A stretch of DNA of 64,000 nucleotides from Candidatus Magasanikiibacteriota bacterium. Lineage in GTDB: Bacteria; Patescibacteriota; Patescibacteriia; Magasanikbacterales; UBA922. The position numbers were made by a program, and so were the translations under genes. The stretch is from NCBI GenBank assembly GCA_043809645.1, contig JBDROX010000036.1:1713-65712 (forward strand), read 5' to 3'. This document shows positions 55,347 to 64,000 of this stretch, in pieces; position 1 is the first letter of the stretch; each line of letters starts with the position of its first letter. Under the pieces are notes generated by a model that was not told the origin of the DNA, searched no databases, and worked only from the letters and a program-made list of their open reading frames with translations.

Positions 55347-55913
55347 ATGCCAAAAAAATACAGAATTTTCATAGCATTTCCAGTGTCAGATGAAGTAAGG
55401 GAAGAGCTTCTGTCCGCACAAAATAAGCTTGTAGAACTCAATAAAAAATCTCATATCAAGTGGACAAAAAGAGACCTCTTTCATATAACGCTTGAGTTCA
55501 TTGGTGATGCAGAAGCCTATCAAGTGGAAGGGATTATGGATGCTCTTAGTAAAATTTCAAAAAACTTTCATGCATTTGACTATTGGCTCGATCGCTTAGA
55601 TGAATTTCCAAATAAATCTCAACCAAATATTTTGGTTGCAAAGGTCAAAGGAGAAAAGAGAGCCAACCATGCGATACATGATAAACTCAGTGAATCTCTG
55701 CAAGAGCTTGGTCTTCTGGATGTCTTGCATGACTGGACACCACACGTAACCATTGGAAGAAATAGAAATCAAGAGGATATTGTAGGACTGGGAGATGTAG
55801 AGCTAAAAAAGGTAATATGGAATGTTAATAGTATCCAGCTGATTGAAAGTAGGCTTACTTCCAGCGGACCAATATACGATGTTATTGAGACATACAATTT
55901 AATTGGAAATTGA
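55347..55913 (+). CDS. thpR: RNA 2',3'-cyclic phosphodiesterase / 2'-5' RNA ligase family (2H phosphoesterase)
   Basis: Two H-x-T/S-x motifs: FHITLEF and PHVTIGR. Confidence 0.7.
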   Translation: MPKKYRIFIAFPVSDEVREELLSAQNKLVELNKKSHIKWTKRDLFHITLEFIGDAEAYQVEGIMDALSKISKNFHAFDYWLDRLDEFPNKSQPNILVAKVKGEKRANHAIHDKLSESLQELGLLDVLHDWTPHVTIGRNRNQEDIVGLGDVELKKVIWNVNSIQLIESRLTSSGPIYDVIETYNLIGN

Positions 55914-55942
55914 TTTTTTTACCCTCCACTTTAGTTTTCCAT

Positions 55943-56695
55943 ATGACTGAGATTCTCGGAGTACGAATTGATAATATAGATAAAGATCAAGCACTCAAAC
56001 AAGTGAATGATTTTTTGGATTCAACAGATCAACACAAAATCTTCACCCCAAATCCAGAGATGCTTGTAGATGCTGATAAAAATGAAAAATTTAGATATAT
56101 ACTCAACTCAAGTTCACTTAATATCTGCGATGGAATGGGAATTCAGCTTTTTTCAAAAGAAAAAGTACAGCGTATCCCTGGAGTAGATTTCATGCTTGAG
56201 ATTTGCAAGACTGCTGAAGAGAGAGAAAAAAGTGTTTATCTACTCGGAGGTGGCAAAAGTGATGGAACTACTGGGACAGAAAAAGAGCTTAAAAAACGTT
56301 TTTCAAAGCTAGATATTGTAGGCTCTTGCCAAGGTCCAGATATATCAAGCTCTCTTGAAGTGGACGAGAGAGAAAACAGCTCTGCAATTACAGACATCTC
56401 CCATGCATCACCTGATATACTTTTTGTTGCCTTCGGTCACAGGAAGCAGGAATGGTGGATCAATACCTTTCTAAAAGACCTCCCTTCTGTTACAATAGCC
56501 ATGGGAGTCGGGGGTGCTTTTGATTACATCGGCGGGTCTGTAAAGAGAGCCCCAAAATGGATACAAAAAGTAGGATTTGAGTGGTTTTTTCGCTTGATAA
56601 ATCAGCCAAAAAGAATAAAAAGAATTTTTAAAGCTGTTTTTATATTTCCATATTTAGTATTGAAAGAACGCTATGCTTCCAAAAGAAGTAAGTAA
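55943..56695 (+). CDS. WecB/TagA/CpsF-family glycosyltransferase (GT26)
   Basis: Start at MTEILGVRI; conserved C-terminal EWFFRLINQPKRIKR. Confidence 0.7.
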   Translation: MTEILGVRIDNIDKDQALKQVNDFLDSTDQHKIFTPNPEMLVDADKNEKFRYILNSSSLNICDGMGIQLFSKEKVQRIPGVDFMLEICKTAEEREKSVYLLGGGKSDGTTGTEKELKKRFSKLDIVGSCQGPDISSSLEVDERENSSAITDISHASPDILFVAFGHRKQEWWINTFLKDLPSVTIAMGVGGAFDYIGGSVKRAPKWIQKVGFEWFFRLINQPKRIKRIFKAVFIFPYLVLKERYASKRSK

Positions 56696-57434
56696 ACACA
56701 TAAAGAAACTCCATCAAAAAAAATTCCGACATGAGTTTCAGGAATTTCTTGTTGAAGGTGTGAAGGGGGTATATGAAAGTCTTATTGCGGACACCGAGGT
56801 AATGGCTATCATTGTAGAAGAAAAGAGGAAGGATGAGCTTGATTTTTCAGATATTATTAGCAAGGCAAAAAAACAGGATGTTGACGTCTTCTTCTGTGCA
56901 CATGGAGACATTGGAGAGATCAAAACAACCGACACATATCCCGGTGTTCAGGCAATAGTAACAACACCAGACACATACCTGGCTGGTATTCAAAATTCTA
57001 GCCCAATACTCTGTCTCGATGGGATCCAGGATCCAGGAAATCTCGGAACAATGATTCGAACCGCTGACTGGTTTGGTATTCCAAATATTCTTCTTTCAGA
57101 AAACTCAGTGGACCCGTACAATCCAAAAACTGTCAGAAGTACTATGGGTTCGCTTTTCCATGTCAGTATTGTAGAGAGTAAAGATATTATTATTGACCTT
57201 GAAAAACTAAAAGAAAAGAATTACTCAGTGTTTTCCTTGTCCACAGAAGGCCGGCCATTAGATAAGGAAAAGCTAGTAAAACATGAATCAGTGTACATTT
57301 TCGGAAGTGAATCTCACGGAGTAAGAAAGGATCTTGTAGACATGTCTGACGAGCTCTATAGCATTCCAGGAAAAGGGAGGGCTGAGTCACTCAATGTTGG
57401 CGTTGCTGCCGGTATTATACTATCCTATTTGTAA
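56673..57434 (+). CDS. SpoU/TrmH-family RNA 2'-O-methyltransferase
   Basis: ILCLDGIQDPGNLGTMIRTADWFG and SLNVGVAAGIIL SPOUT motifs. Confidence 0.8.
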   Translation: MLPKEVSKHIKKLHQKKFRHEFQEFLVEGVKGVYESLIADTEVMAIIVEEKRKDELDFSDIISKAKKQDVDVFFCAHGDIGEIKTTDTYPGVQAIVTTPDTYLAGIQNSSPILCLDGIQDPGNLGTMIRTADWFGIPNILLSENSVDPYNPKTVRSTMGSLFHVSIVESKDIIIDLEKLKEKNYSVFSLSTEGRPLDKEKLVKHESVYIFGSESHGVRKDLVDMSDELYSIPGKGRAESLNVGVAAGIILSYL

Positions 57435-57447
57435 ATAGAAAAGATTT

Positions 57448-58901
57448 ATGACAAAGACTAGATTTGCTCCAAGTCCAACAGGATTCCTGCATATAGGAGG
57501 TCTTAGGACTGCACTCTTTGCGTACCTCCATGCAAAGAAATCTGGAGGAATATTTTTACTTCGAATAGAGGATACTGACAGAGAAAGGTTCGTAGAGGGT
57601 GGTATGGAAAATATTCTCAATTCACTCTCCTGGGCTGGCATCACACCTGATGAGGGGGTTGTGCAGAACAAAAATGGCAACATTGTACAAAAGGGTGAAC
57701 ACGGGCCATATATTCAGTCAGAGAGAAACGATATTTATAATGAACATATCCAAAAACTTCTGGATAGTGGGCACGCATACCATTGTTTTTGTAGTAGGGA
57801 AAGGCTTGGCGAGGTGAGAGAAGAGCAACAAAAAAACAAACAGCCTACACTCTATGATGGACACTGTAGAAACATGTCTGAAAATGAAGTCAAGGAAAGA
57901 TTAGAAGAACAAGATGTACAGCATGTTATCCGTCTAAGAATCCCGGAAGAGGGTACAACGTCTTTTGAAGACAGCATTAGAGGCACAGTTAAATTCAAAA
58001 ATAGTCTAATCGATGATCAAGTGCTCCAGAAGTCTGATGGATTCCCAACCTACCATCTCGCAAATGTTGTTGATGATCATCTCATGGAAATTACACACGT
58101 CATCAGAGGAGAGGAGTGGCTTTCTTCAACTCCAAAGCATATTCTTCTGTATCAATTTTTTGGATGGAAAGTGCCAACCTTTGCACATCTTCCACTTCTG
58201 ATCAATGAACAGAAGCAGAAGTTGAGTAAACGTCATGGTGACGTCTCTGTAGAAGACTTCAAAGAAGCCGGCTATCTTCCAGAGGCACTTGTAAATTTCG
58301 TTGCGTTTCTCGGTTGGAACCCTGGTGACGAGAGAGAAATATTTACTCTCAGCGAACTCACAGATGAGTTTGATCTTTCAAAAGTCCAAAAAGCAGCAGC
58401 TGTTTTCAACAGAGAGAAGTTAAATTGGGTAAATAAACACTATATTTGTCAGATGGAACCAGATTTCCTTCTTGAGGCAACGAAACCTTTCTTTCAAAAT
58501 GCAAATCTCGACCTGTCCGTCGTCCGTCGTCCGTCGTCGAACTGGAGCAGGGAAGAGCGGAAACTTTAAAAGCTCTCGTTGAAGAAACAGCTTTTATCTT
58601 TGCAAAAAATCTAGAGTATCAGTCAGAGCTCCTTGTCTGGAAGAAGAGTACAACAAAAGATGCCAAAGAAAAGTTAGAAGAGCTTATGGATTTCTTTGAG
58701 ACCATTGAAAAGTGGGAGGAGGTAGAACTAAAAACAATGAAATGGATCCAAGACAATGGCTACGGAAATGGTGACGTCCTCTGGCCAATGCGAGTTGCTC
58801 TTTCTGGAAAGAAGAATTCCCCAAGTCCATTTGAGATAGCACAAGTACTTGGGAAAGGCGTGTCACTAAAAAGAATCTCAGCCGCAATTGAGGTATTATA
58901 G
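57448..58901 (+). pseudogene. gltX: glutamyl-tRNA synthetase split by a frameshift at a gtccgtc x3 heptanucleotide tandem repeat (58515-58535)
   Basis: N-terminal ORF (57448-58569) has HIGH-like PTGFLHIGG and KLSKRHG; the frame then switches and the +0 frame continues ...ELEQGRAETLKALVEE...WPMRVALSGKKNSPSPFEI (anticodon-binding domain, ORF 58686-58901); removing two repeat copies (14 bp) restores ...NANLDLSVVELEQGRAE... Confidence 0.7.
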
Positions 58902-58923
58902 AGGATTGTGATATACTATTCTC

Positions 58924-60177
58924 ATGATTAAAAAGATACTCTTCACAAGTATTCTCTTTTGCGGACTGCTGTCAGTTCCTTTTTTTGTATCTGCTGATGA
59001 ACAAGAGACTAACTATACAGGAGGGAATACTCCTGAGATTAATACTCTCAACCAAGAAATTGAAAAGAAGAGAGAAAAAGTAAAACAACTTGAAGAAAGT
59101 ATTGCTGAGTATAAAGAAAAAATTAAGGAAAAGAAAACAGAGGCTGTGTCTCTTTCAAACCAGATGGCAATTCTCGATAACCATATTGCTCAGGTTGAAC
59201 TAGACATAGAGGCAACTACAGAAAAGGTTGAAACAATCAAACTTGAAATAGAATCCCTGCAGTTAGCGATCGAAGACAAAGAATCTGATATAGCCAGACA
59301 GAAAGCAATTCTTGCTGAATTTATTAGAACCTTGCACCAAAATGAGGATAGAAATATTATTGAAATCATGGCAGCCTATGATGATTTCTCTGAATTTTAT
59401 GATCAGATACAGTATCTGGAAACAATAGAGCGTGATATTACTCAGAGTCATAGATCTCTAAACGTTGCAAAAACAGAGCTCGAAGACAAGAAAGAGGCTG
59501 GAGAGGAAAGACATGTTGCCTATGCTGATATTAAGGATAAACTGGAGAATAAAAAGCAGGATCTTGAAGAACAAGTAAAATATAAGGAAGACCTCATGAT
59601 ACAGACACACGCATCAGAACTCACATTCAAAGTACTTTTGTCGAACCTAAAGAAACAGTATGAAGGTGTTGAGCGAGAAATAGTTGGTATTGAACAGGAA
59701 GTTCGTAGAAGATTAGAGGATCAGAACAAGCTCGACCAACCAGAAGTTAACTTTGATGGAAAACTCAGCTGGCCTACACCAAGCCACTACGTTACTGCGT
59801 ATTTTCATGATCCAGACTACCCATACCGACACATCTTTGAACATAACGCAATCGATCTTAGGGCAGGGCATGGAACCCCAATACGAGCAGCTGCATCAGG
59901 ATATGTTGGAAGGGCAAAATTCTGTTCTACCGCATCATGCTATTCTTATATTATGTTAATCCACTCCGGCGGTCTTTCTACTGTCTACGGACATATCAAT
60001 AACATCACAGTGAGTGCCGACCAGTTTGTGACAAGAGGGGATATTATAGGATATTCTGGAGGAACCCCCGGGACTGTTGGGGCTGGACCATTTGTCACAG
60101 GACCCCACCTTCACTTTGAGGTGAGAAAGAATGGTATTCCTATCAATCCATTGAGCCACCTTGTGAAGGACTACTAG
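58924..60177 (+). CDS. M23-family peptidase with N-terminal signal peptide and long coiled-coil (EnvC/LytM-like)
   Basis: GHGTPIRAAASGYV...YGHINNI...GPHLHFEVRKNGIPINP M23 motifs. Confidence 0.8.
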   Translation: MIKKILFTSILFCGLLSVPFFVSADEQETNYTGGNTPEINTLNQEIEKKREKVKQLEESIAEYKEKIKEKKTEAVSLSNQMAILDNHIAQVELDIEATTEKVETIKLEIESLQLAIEDKESDIARQKAILAEFIRTLHQNEDRNIIEIMAAYDDFSEFYDQIQYLETIERDITQSHRSLNVAKTELEDKKEAGEERHVAYADIKDKLENKKQDLEEQVKYKEDLMIQTHASELTFKVLLSNLKKQYEGVEREIVGIEQEVRRRLEDQNKLDQPEVNFDGKLSWPTPSHYVTAYFHDPDYPYRHIFEHNAIDLRAGHGTPIRAAASGYVGRAKFCSTASCYSYIMLIHSGGLSTVYGHINNITVSADQFVTRGDIIGYSGGTPGTVGAGPFVTGPHLHFEVRKNGIPINPLSHLVKDY

Positions 60178-60791
60178 TAGGGGATTGGGGAGCTCTAGAT
60201 CTTTAGTGTCGCACAATATAGTGCGTCTTTTTATTTCATTTTTTAAATATGCCACTAAACCATAAAACGATAAGGAGAGCAAGTGTCACCACGTTAATAA
60301 AGTATTGGTAAATAGTTTCAAGATTTAATTTTTTAAAAATTGAATTTTGTTTTATTTCAGAAATTATATTATCTTAAGTGCAATTTCTCTATGCAAAATG
60401 AATATTTTTAAGGGGGTACCGTATGGGAGCAAGACCTCTGCTACACATGCTAGAATATTCATAAAGAATATTTATGAAAGGGAGCAGTATGACTTTACCT
60501 AGGTGATTTTAGTAGACTTTCTGTGGTGTCGCAAAATGTAGTTATTCTTACCATGTTTTGTAGGTCGCAGAAAACTTAGAATATACAATTAAAAAGATTG
60601 CACAACTATGATAATATGAAGAAAGTTAATACATATTAAAGGCAGTAAACTACGGGGGTCGTAAACAAACAAAGTGACAGGATAGAATTAAGTAAACATT
60701 TGAGATTTTATACTACATGTCGCATAAGGTACATTGTGCGACAACAGATATTTAGCTGCGTTATGAGCTTTTTTAACCACTTCCCCACCAG

Positions 60792-61802
60792 CTACATCCA
60801 ATATACTTTATCTAGAAATCTAAGATCAATATACTGCAAACTATCTCGAGAAATATCTTGATCTAATACAGATTCAAGATTAAGTATTTGTTCGTCCATT
60901 GGATTTGAGAGACGAACCCTGAGACTCCACCCCTCCCCCGTTTTGATACTTGCATCTCCCAAAGAATTTTCAAGTATGAGATATACATAACTAATATCGG
61001 AATCAAATTTTAAATAGTGATGCCACTGGAGTATTTGATTGACAGACTCAGTAGAAAGAACCATCTCGTTAATAATACTTTCCTCCCCTCTCATATCATA
61101 TACTACTGGGTACTCACCAAATTCTTTTTGTAACATACTCGCGCTCGGAATATGTTCTCTGCTCACAATTTCTTCACTTGTTATTTCATCACCAAATTCA
61201 TCTGTAGAGGTCACAATTTTCTTCTCAATAATCCACTCACTTTCTTCAACAAGCTTCAAAACTTCTGTTACCTTTCCATCAGAACCAACATATGTATACT
61301 TTTTACCATTATCATAGATGAGTGTAGAAATTTTCTCTTCTACTGCAATAGAGACTGTATTGGGAAATTCTTTTTTTACAATCACTTCTCTGAGGGCATA
61401 CCTTTCAGACAAAATTTGTTCTACTTCTATCTCATGAAAACCAAAGTAGGTTCCTCTCGATAAAAAAATGAAAAAATGTGAATCTGTAATGCCACGAATA
61501 GCTGCCAGGATATCGTCTTCTTGAATCCTCTGTAGCCCTTCGATATGGATATGTTTCAGTTGAAAAAAGGGATGATAAAAAATCGTCCCTATAATACCAA
61601 TAACACATACAAGTACTACAGACAATTGAAACTTAACTTTTCGGTACCAGGAAATTCCCTTTTCAAAATGAGGATTAGTTTTTCTAAATTTATAGGCAAA
61701 ATCACGCTCACTACGAAATACTCTTTTCTCAGAAGACAGATGTTTTTTTGTTTTCTTAATACGTTTTCCGAGCTTTCTCTTGATTTTATGTCTATTAAAC
61801 AT
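60792..61802 (-). CDS. ftsQ: cell division protein FtsQ/DivIB
   Basis: Basic N-terminus, single TM, POTRA-like IHIEGLQRIQEDDILAAI. Confidence 0.65.
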   Translation of the reverse strand: MFNRHKIKRKLGKRIKKTKKHLSSEKRVFRSERDFAYKFRKTNPHFEKGISWYRKVKFQLSVVLVCVIGIIGTIFYHPFFQLKHIHIEGLQRIQEDDILAAIRGITDSHFFIFLSRGTYFGFHEIEVEQILSERYALREVIVKKEFPNTVSIAVEEKISTLIYDNGKKYTYVGSDGKVTEVLKLVEESEWIIEKKIVTSTDEFGDEITSEEIVSREHIPSASMLQKEFGEYPVVYDMRGEESIINEMVLSTESVNQILQWHHYLKFDSDISYVYLILENSLGDASIKTGEGWSLRVRLSNPMDEQILNLESVLDQDISRDSLQYIDLRFLDKVYWM

Positions 61803-61804
61803 AG

Positions 61805-62854
61805 TTAGAAACCGCGTTTTATTCTCCTAAGTGTTTCTATTCCCCAAGTAAGCCAGTAAAATTTTGAAAGTGGTAGATCCTGACATGGGACGAGGTTCTT
61901 CTGATTTCCCCCAAACCCTTTCTTGAAGTGAGTAATACCGTGAAAAGGATGGTCTTTTGGTGCACCAGATGGTGCAATGCCCCATAGGTTATACTTCGAC
62001 ATTGGCCTCTTCATAGACTCTTTTATGACTTCCCACTGCACGGCGTAGGAAGTCGGAAGCCTCTTATCCAAACCAAGGGAGGCACTATGACGATAGTTGG
62101 CCATTGATCCGAAAAACATAACAATTGCAGAAGAGTCAAGTCTTCCATCAGGGAGGTAGGCTTCGAATATTACTACCTCTCCTTCCTGTACGAACGCATG
62201 GAACTCATCAGAAATATACTTGGCAGAAAAACGTTGAAAATTATGTCTCTTGGCAACAACTGTATGCATGCCATTGAGACGAGCAAGGGCCTCATCATCA
62301 GTATGCATTTCCACTCGTACACCTTCCCTACTACATCTTCGTATGAGATTTCTATGATTCTTGTTCATAGCAGACAGTAGACTATCTTGGTCTTTTTCAA
62401 GATCAAGTATCCACGTGACTTCTGCAAGGGTATGGATTGGAGCGTCTCTGAATCCTGCTTTGAGGAAGGCACCCCTGGTCTCAGCTGTATCTTCCAGAAA
62501 TGGACTCATTCGTATAAAGTGATATTTATTATCTTTTGCAAATCTTTTCAAAAAATCAACAAGGGTGGAAAATGCAGACTCAAAATCTTTTTTACCATGC
62601 ATCAGAGAATCATCAAAAACAGGACCGTATGGAACGTAAAGAAAATTTCCTCTGCGAGCATGTGTACTCAAAACAAGGAAACCTGCAATTAACTCATTAT
62701 TTTCATTATACAATCCAAAAATCCAACTGCCCTCCTTCATTTGATTATAAAAGTCTCCATAAGAAGGAGACTGAACAAAAAGAGTGTTCGATTGGTGAAG
62801 AACAAATTCTTTCCATTCTCCTTTGTGTTCAATTTCTTTAACGTACATAGTCAT
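61805..62854 (-). CDS. FemAB-family peptidoglycan interpeptide-bridge aminoacyltransferase
   Basis: 349 aa; FemAB (GNAT-like tandem) pattern; C-terminal HFKKGFGG. Confidence 0.7.
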   Translation of the reverse strand: MTMYVKEIEHKGEWKEFVLHQSNTLFVQSPSYGDFYNQMKEGSWIFGLYNENNELIAGFLVLSTHARRGNFLYVPYGPVFDDSLMHGKKDFESAFSTLVDFLKRFAKDNKYHFIRMSPFLEDTAETRGAFLKAGFRDAPIHTLAEVTWILDLEKDQDSLLSAMNKNHRNLIRRCSREGVRVEMHTDDEALARLNGMHTVVAKRHNFQRFSAKYISDEFHAFVQEGEVVIFEAYLPDGRLDSSAIVMFFGSMANYRHSASLGLDKRLPTSYAVQWEVIKESMKRPMSKYNLWGIAPSGAPKDHPFHGITHFKKGFGGNQKNLVPCQDLPLSKFYWLTWGIETLRRIKRGF

Positions 62855-64000
62855 TTACTATACGAGCAATATACTTCGCATCTTTTACTTCTATATATCT
62901 GTTTGTTGGTAGGTTTATTGATTGTTTAGAATATTTTTCTGCATTTGGGCATGAGCCTGCAGTGTATACTGTTGCATTCATATCAATGTCACATGGTGCA
63001 AGGACAGTATCATACCAAGAACCAAGGATTACACCCATTTCCTTTGCCTTCTGTAGCAACTCCTTTGGATTGTCTACAAAAAGTGTATATCGAAGCGTTG
63101 GGGTACCAATTGCCACTTTCTGTTTTTGTATATCACCCAATTCTTTATCGTAGACCTCTTTCATATCACTCCTATGTTTATTTACTTCATCGACCCCATC
63201 AATCTGATTGATGAGTATAGCACAAAGAGCATTCGGAAGCGAAGACGGATAGATATGTAGAGGGAGACCATTCTTTTCTTTTCTGTGAACAATTGTATTT
63301 AGAATATTGAGTTTCTTGAAAATCCAGAGAAGCCACTTCCCCACCCCCAAATGGTAGAACTTTTTTCCTATGTAAAAAAGTGGAAAATGTGCCAAGTGCT
63401 GAAATACTGAAAGCAAAGATGGTTTTTTTAGGGAAGAAAGCTCATTCTCTATTACTTTCGCAAGTTCTTGAGATTTTGTAGAAAGCGCACCTCCGCGAGC
63501 AGACGAGAGCGACTTATCAGCTCCAAAACTATACATTCCAATATCGCCAAATCTTCCAAGGAGAGCTCCCTTATGTGTAACACCGAAAGCATGTGCACAG
63601 TCTTCTATAGTCTTTATGCCACTATCTTTTACCACAGAAAGCAGTTCTTCCAACTTTGCAGGCTGCCCAAAGGTGTGCTGAATAATAACACAGGAGGTAT
63701 TGTTAGTAAGTTTAGACTTTAGGTCAGATGGATCCATATTTAAATCTGGGCCAATATCAATATACAACGGTGTTGCCCCAACCTGCTTTATTGCATTTAC
63801 CACAACAACACATGTATATGCTTGCACAGCTACGATATCTCCTTCTTTTACACCAAGAGATTTCAGTGCATAGTATAGTGCACTTCGACCACTATCAAAT
63901 GTATAACAGTACTCAACCCCAAGATAATTTTTCAGTTTCTTAGTAACTTTCTCCTCAAATACTCCATATCTCCATATATTCCATTTCAGTGGATTAAAGA
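62838..64000 (-). CDS. DegT/DnrJ/EryC1/StrS-family PLP-dependent sugar aminotransferase, 5' partial (reading frame stays open to the window end)
   Basis: Track ORF starts at an internal GTG; my manual upstream translation of the same frame gives FNPLKWNIWRYGVFEEKVTKKLKNYLGVEYCYTFDSGRSALYYALKSLGVKEGDIVAV (DegT N-terminus) with no stop before position 64000; PLP-lysine region YSFGADKSL. Confidence 0.75.
   Translation of the reverse strand, partial: FNPLKWNIWRYGVFEEKVTKKLKNYLGVEYCYTFDSGRSALYYALKSLGVKEGDIVAVQAYTCVVVVNAIKQVGATPLYIDIGPDLNMDPSDLKSKLTNNTSCVIIQHTFGQPAKLEELLSVVKDSGIKTIEDCAHAFGVTHKGALLGRFGDIGMYSFGADKSLSSARGGALSTKSQELAKVIENELSSLKKPSLLSVFQHLAHFPLFYIGKKFYHLGVGKWLLWIFKKLNILNTIVHRKEKNGLPLHIYPSSLPNALCAILINQIDGVDEVNKHRSDMKEVYDKELGDIQKQKVAIGTPTLRYTLFVDNPKELLQKAKEMGVILGSWYDTVLAPCDIDMNATVYTAGSCPNAEKYSKQSINLPTNRYIEVKDAKYIARIVNDYVR

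Noticed and set aside
1-64000. Alternative genetic code 25 (UGA=Gly, as in Gracilibacteria/Absconditabacteria) as an explanation for the in-frame TGA in the Gmad2 paralog
   Set aside because: Many long genes (clpB 880 aa, P-type ATPase 890 aa, VirB4-like 855 aa, ligA 672 aa) are uninterrupted under the standard code, and full-length conserved proteins end at TGA in places. Global recoding is therefore unlikely.
1-64000. CRISPR array or cas genes
   Set aside because: No regularly spaced direct repeats were found. The only repeat-like regions (60.2-60.8 kb motifs, 58.5 kb heptamer) lack CRISPR periodicity.

Overview
This AT-rich 64-kb window has small, tightly packed genes and mostly short intergenic spacers. 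The gene content looks like a reduced-genome Candidate Phyla Radiation (Patescibacteria)-type bacterium; this is an inference from content and style, not a database hit. Several genes exceed 850 codons and are uninterrupted, so the standard bacterial code (not the TGA-recoded code 25) is assumed.

Housekeeping content:
- replication and translation: dnaX (3' part), cysS, ligA, gatC-gatA, rpmA, typA, gltX;
- cell wall and division: ftsW, murG, murE-like, ftsB, ftsE, ftsX, ftsQ, femAB, a DegT aminotransferase (5' partial at the window end);
- stress, redox and Fe-S assembly: clpB, greA, a DEAD-box helicase, rlmN, and a cysteine desulfurase/NifU/ferredoxin cluster;
- transport: a P-type cation ATPase;
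- nitrogen metabolism: a eukaryote-type glutamine synthetase II;
- a type IV pilus island (pilM, stand-alone response regulator, pilin, pilD);
- six tRNA genes.

Most notable observations:
1. A co-directional minus-strand array runs from about 11.0 kb down to 2.0 kb. It encodes a VirB4/TrbE-like P-loop ATPase with an N-terminal transmembrane helix, a large polytopic membrane protein, small two-helix membrane proteins, an LRR lipoprotein, and paralogous Gmad2 Ig-like surface proteins. I propose this is a minimal type IV secretion-like or cell-contact apparatus.
2. One Gmad2 paralog is split by an in-frame TGA.
3. A tRNA-Asn(GUU) gene is interrupted by a 324-nt group I intron. The conserved P, Q, R and S elements, the U.G splice-site pair and the terminal G are all visible in the sequence.
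4. The region just downstream of that tRNA is compositionally AT-poor and carries a truncated glycosyltransferase, a GGCT-like gene and a cluster of GC-rich hairpins.
5. gltX is broken by a 14-bp heptanucleotide tandem expansion (gtccgtc x3).
6. Other items: a GC-anomalous islet after murG, a tandem-duplicated LOG-family protein, a double zinc-ribbon protein with a histone H1-like lysine tail, and several structured leaders.
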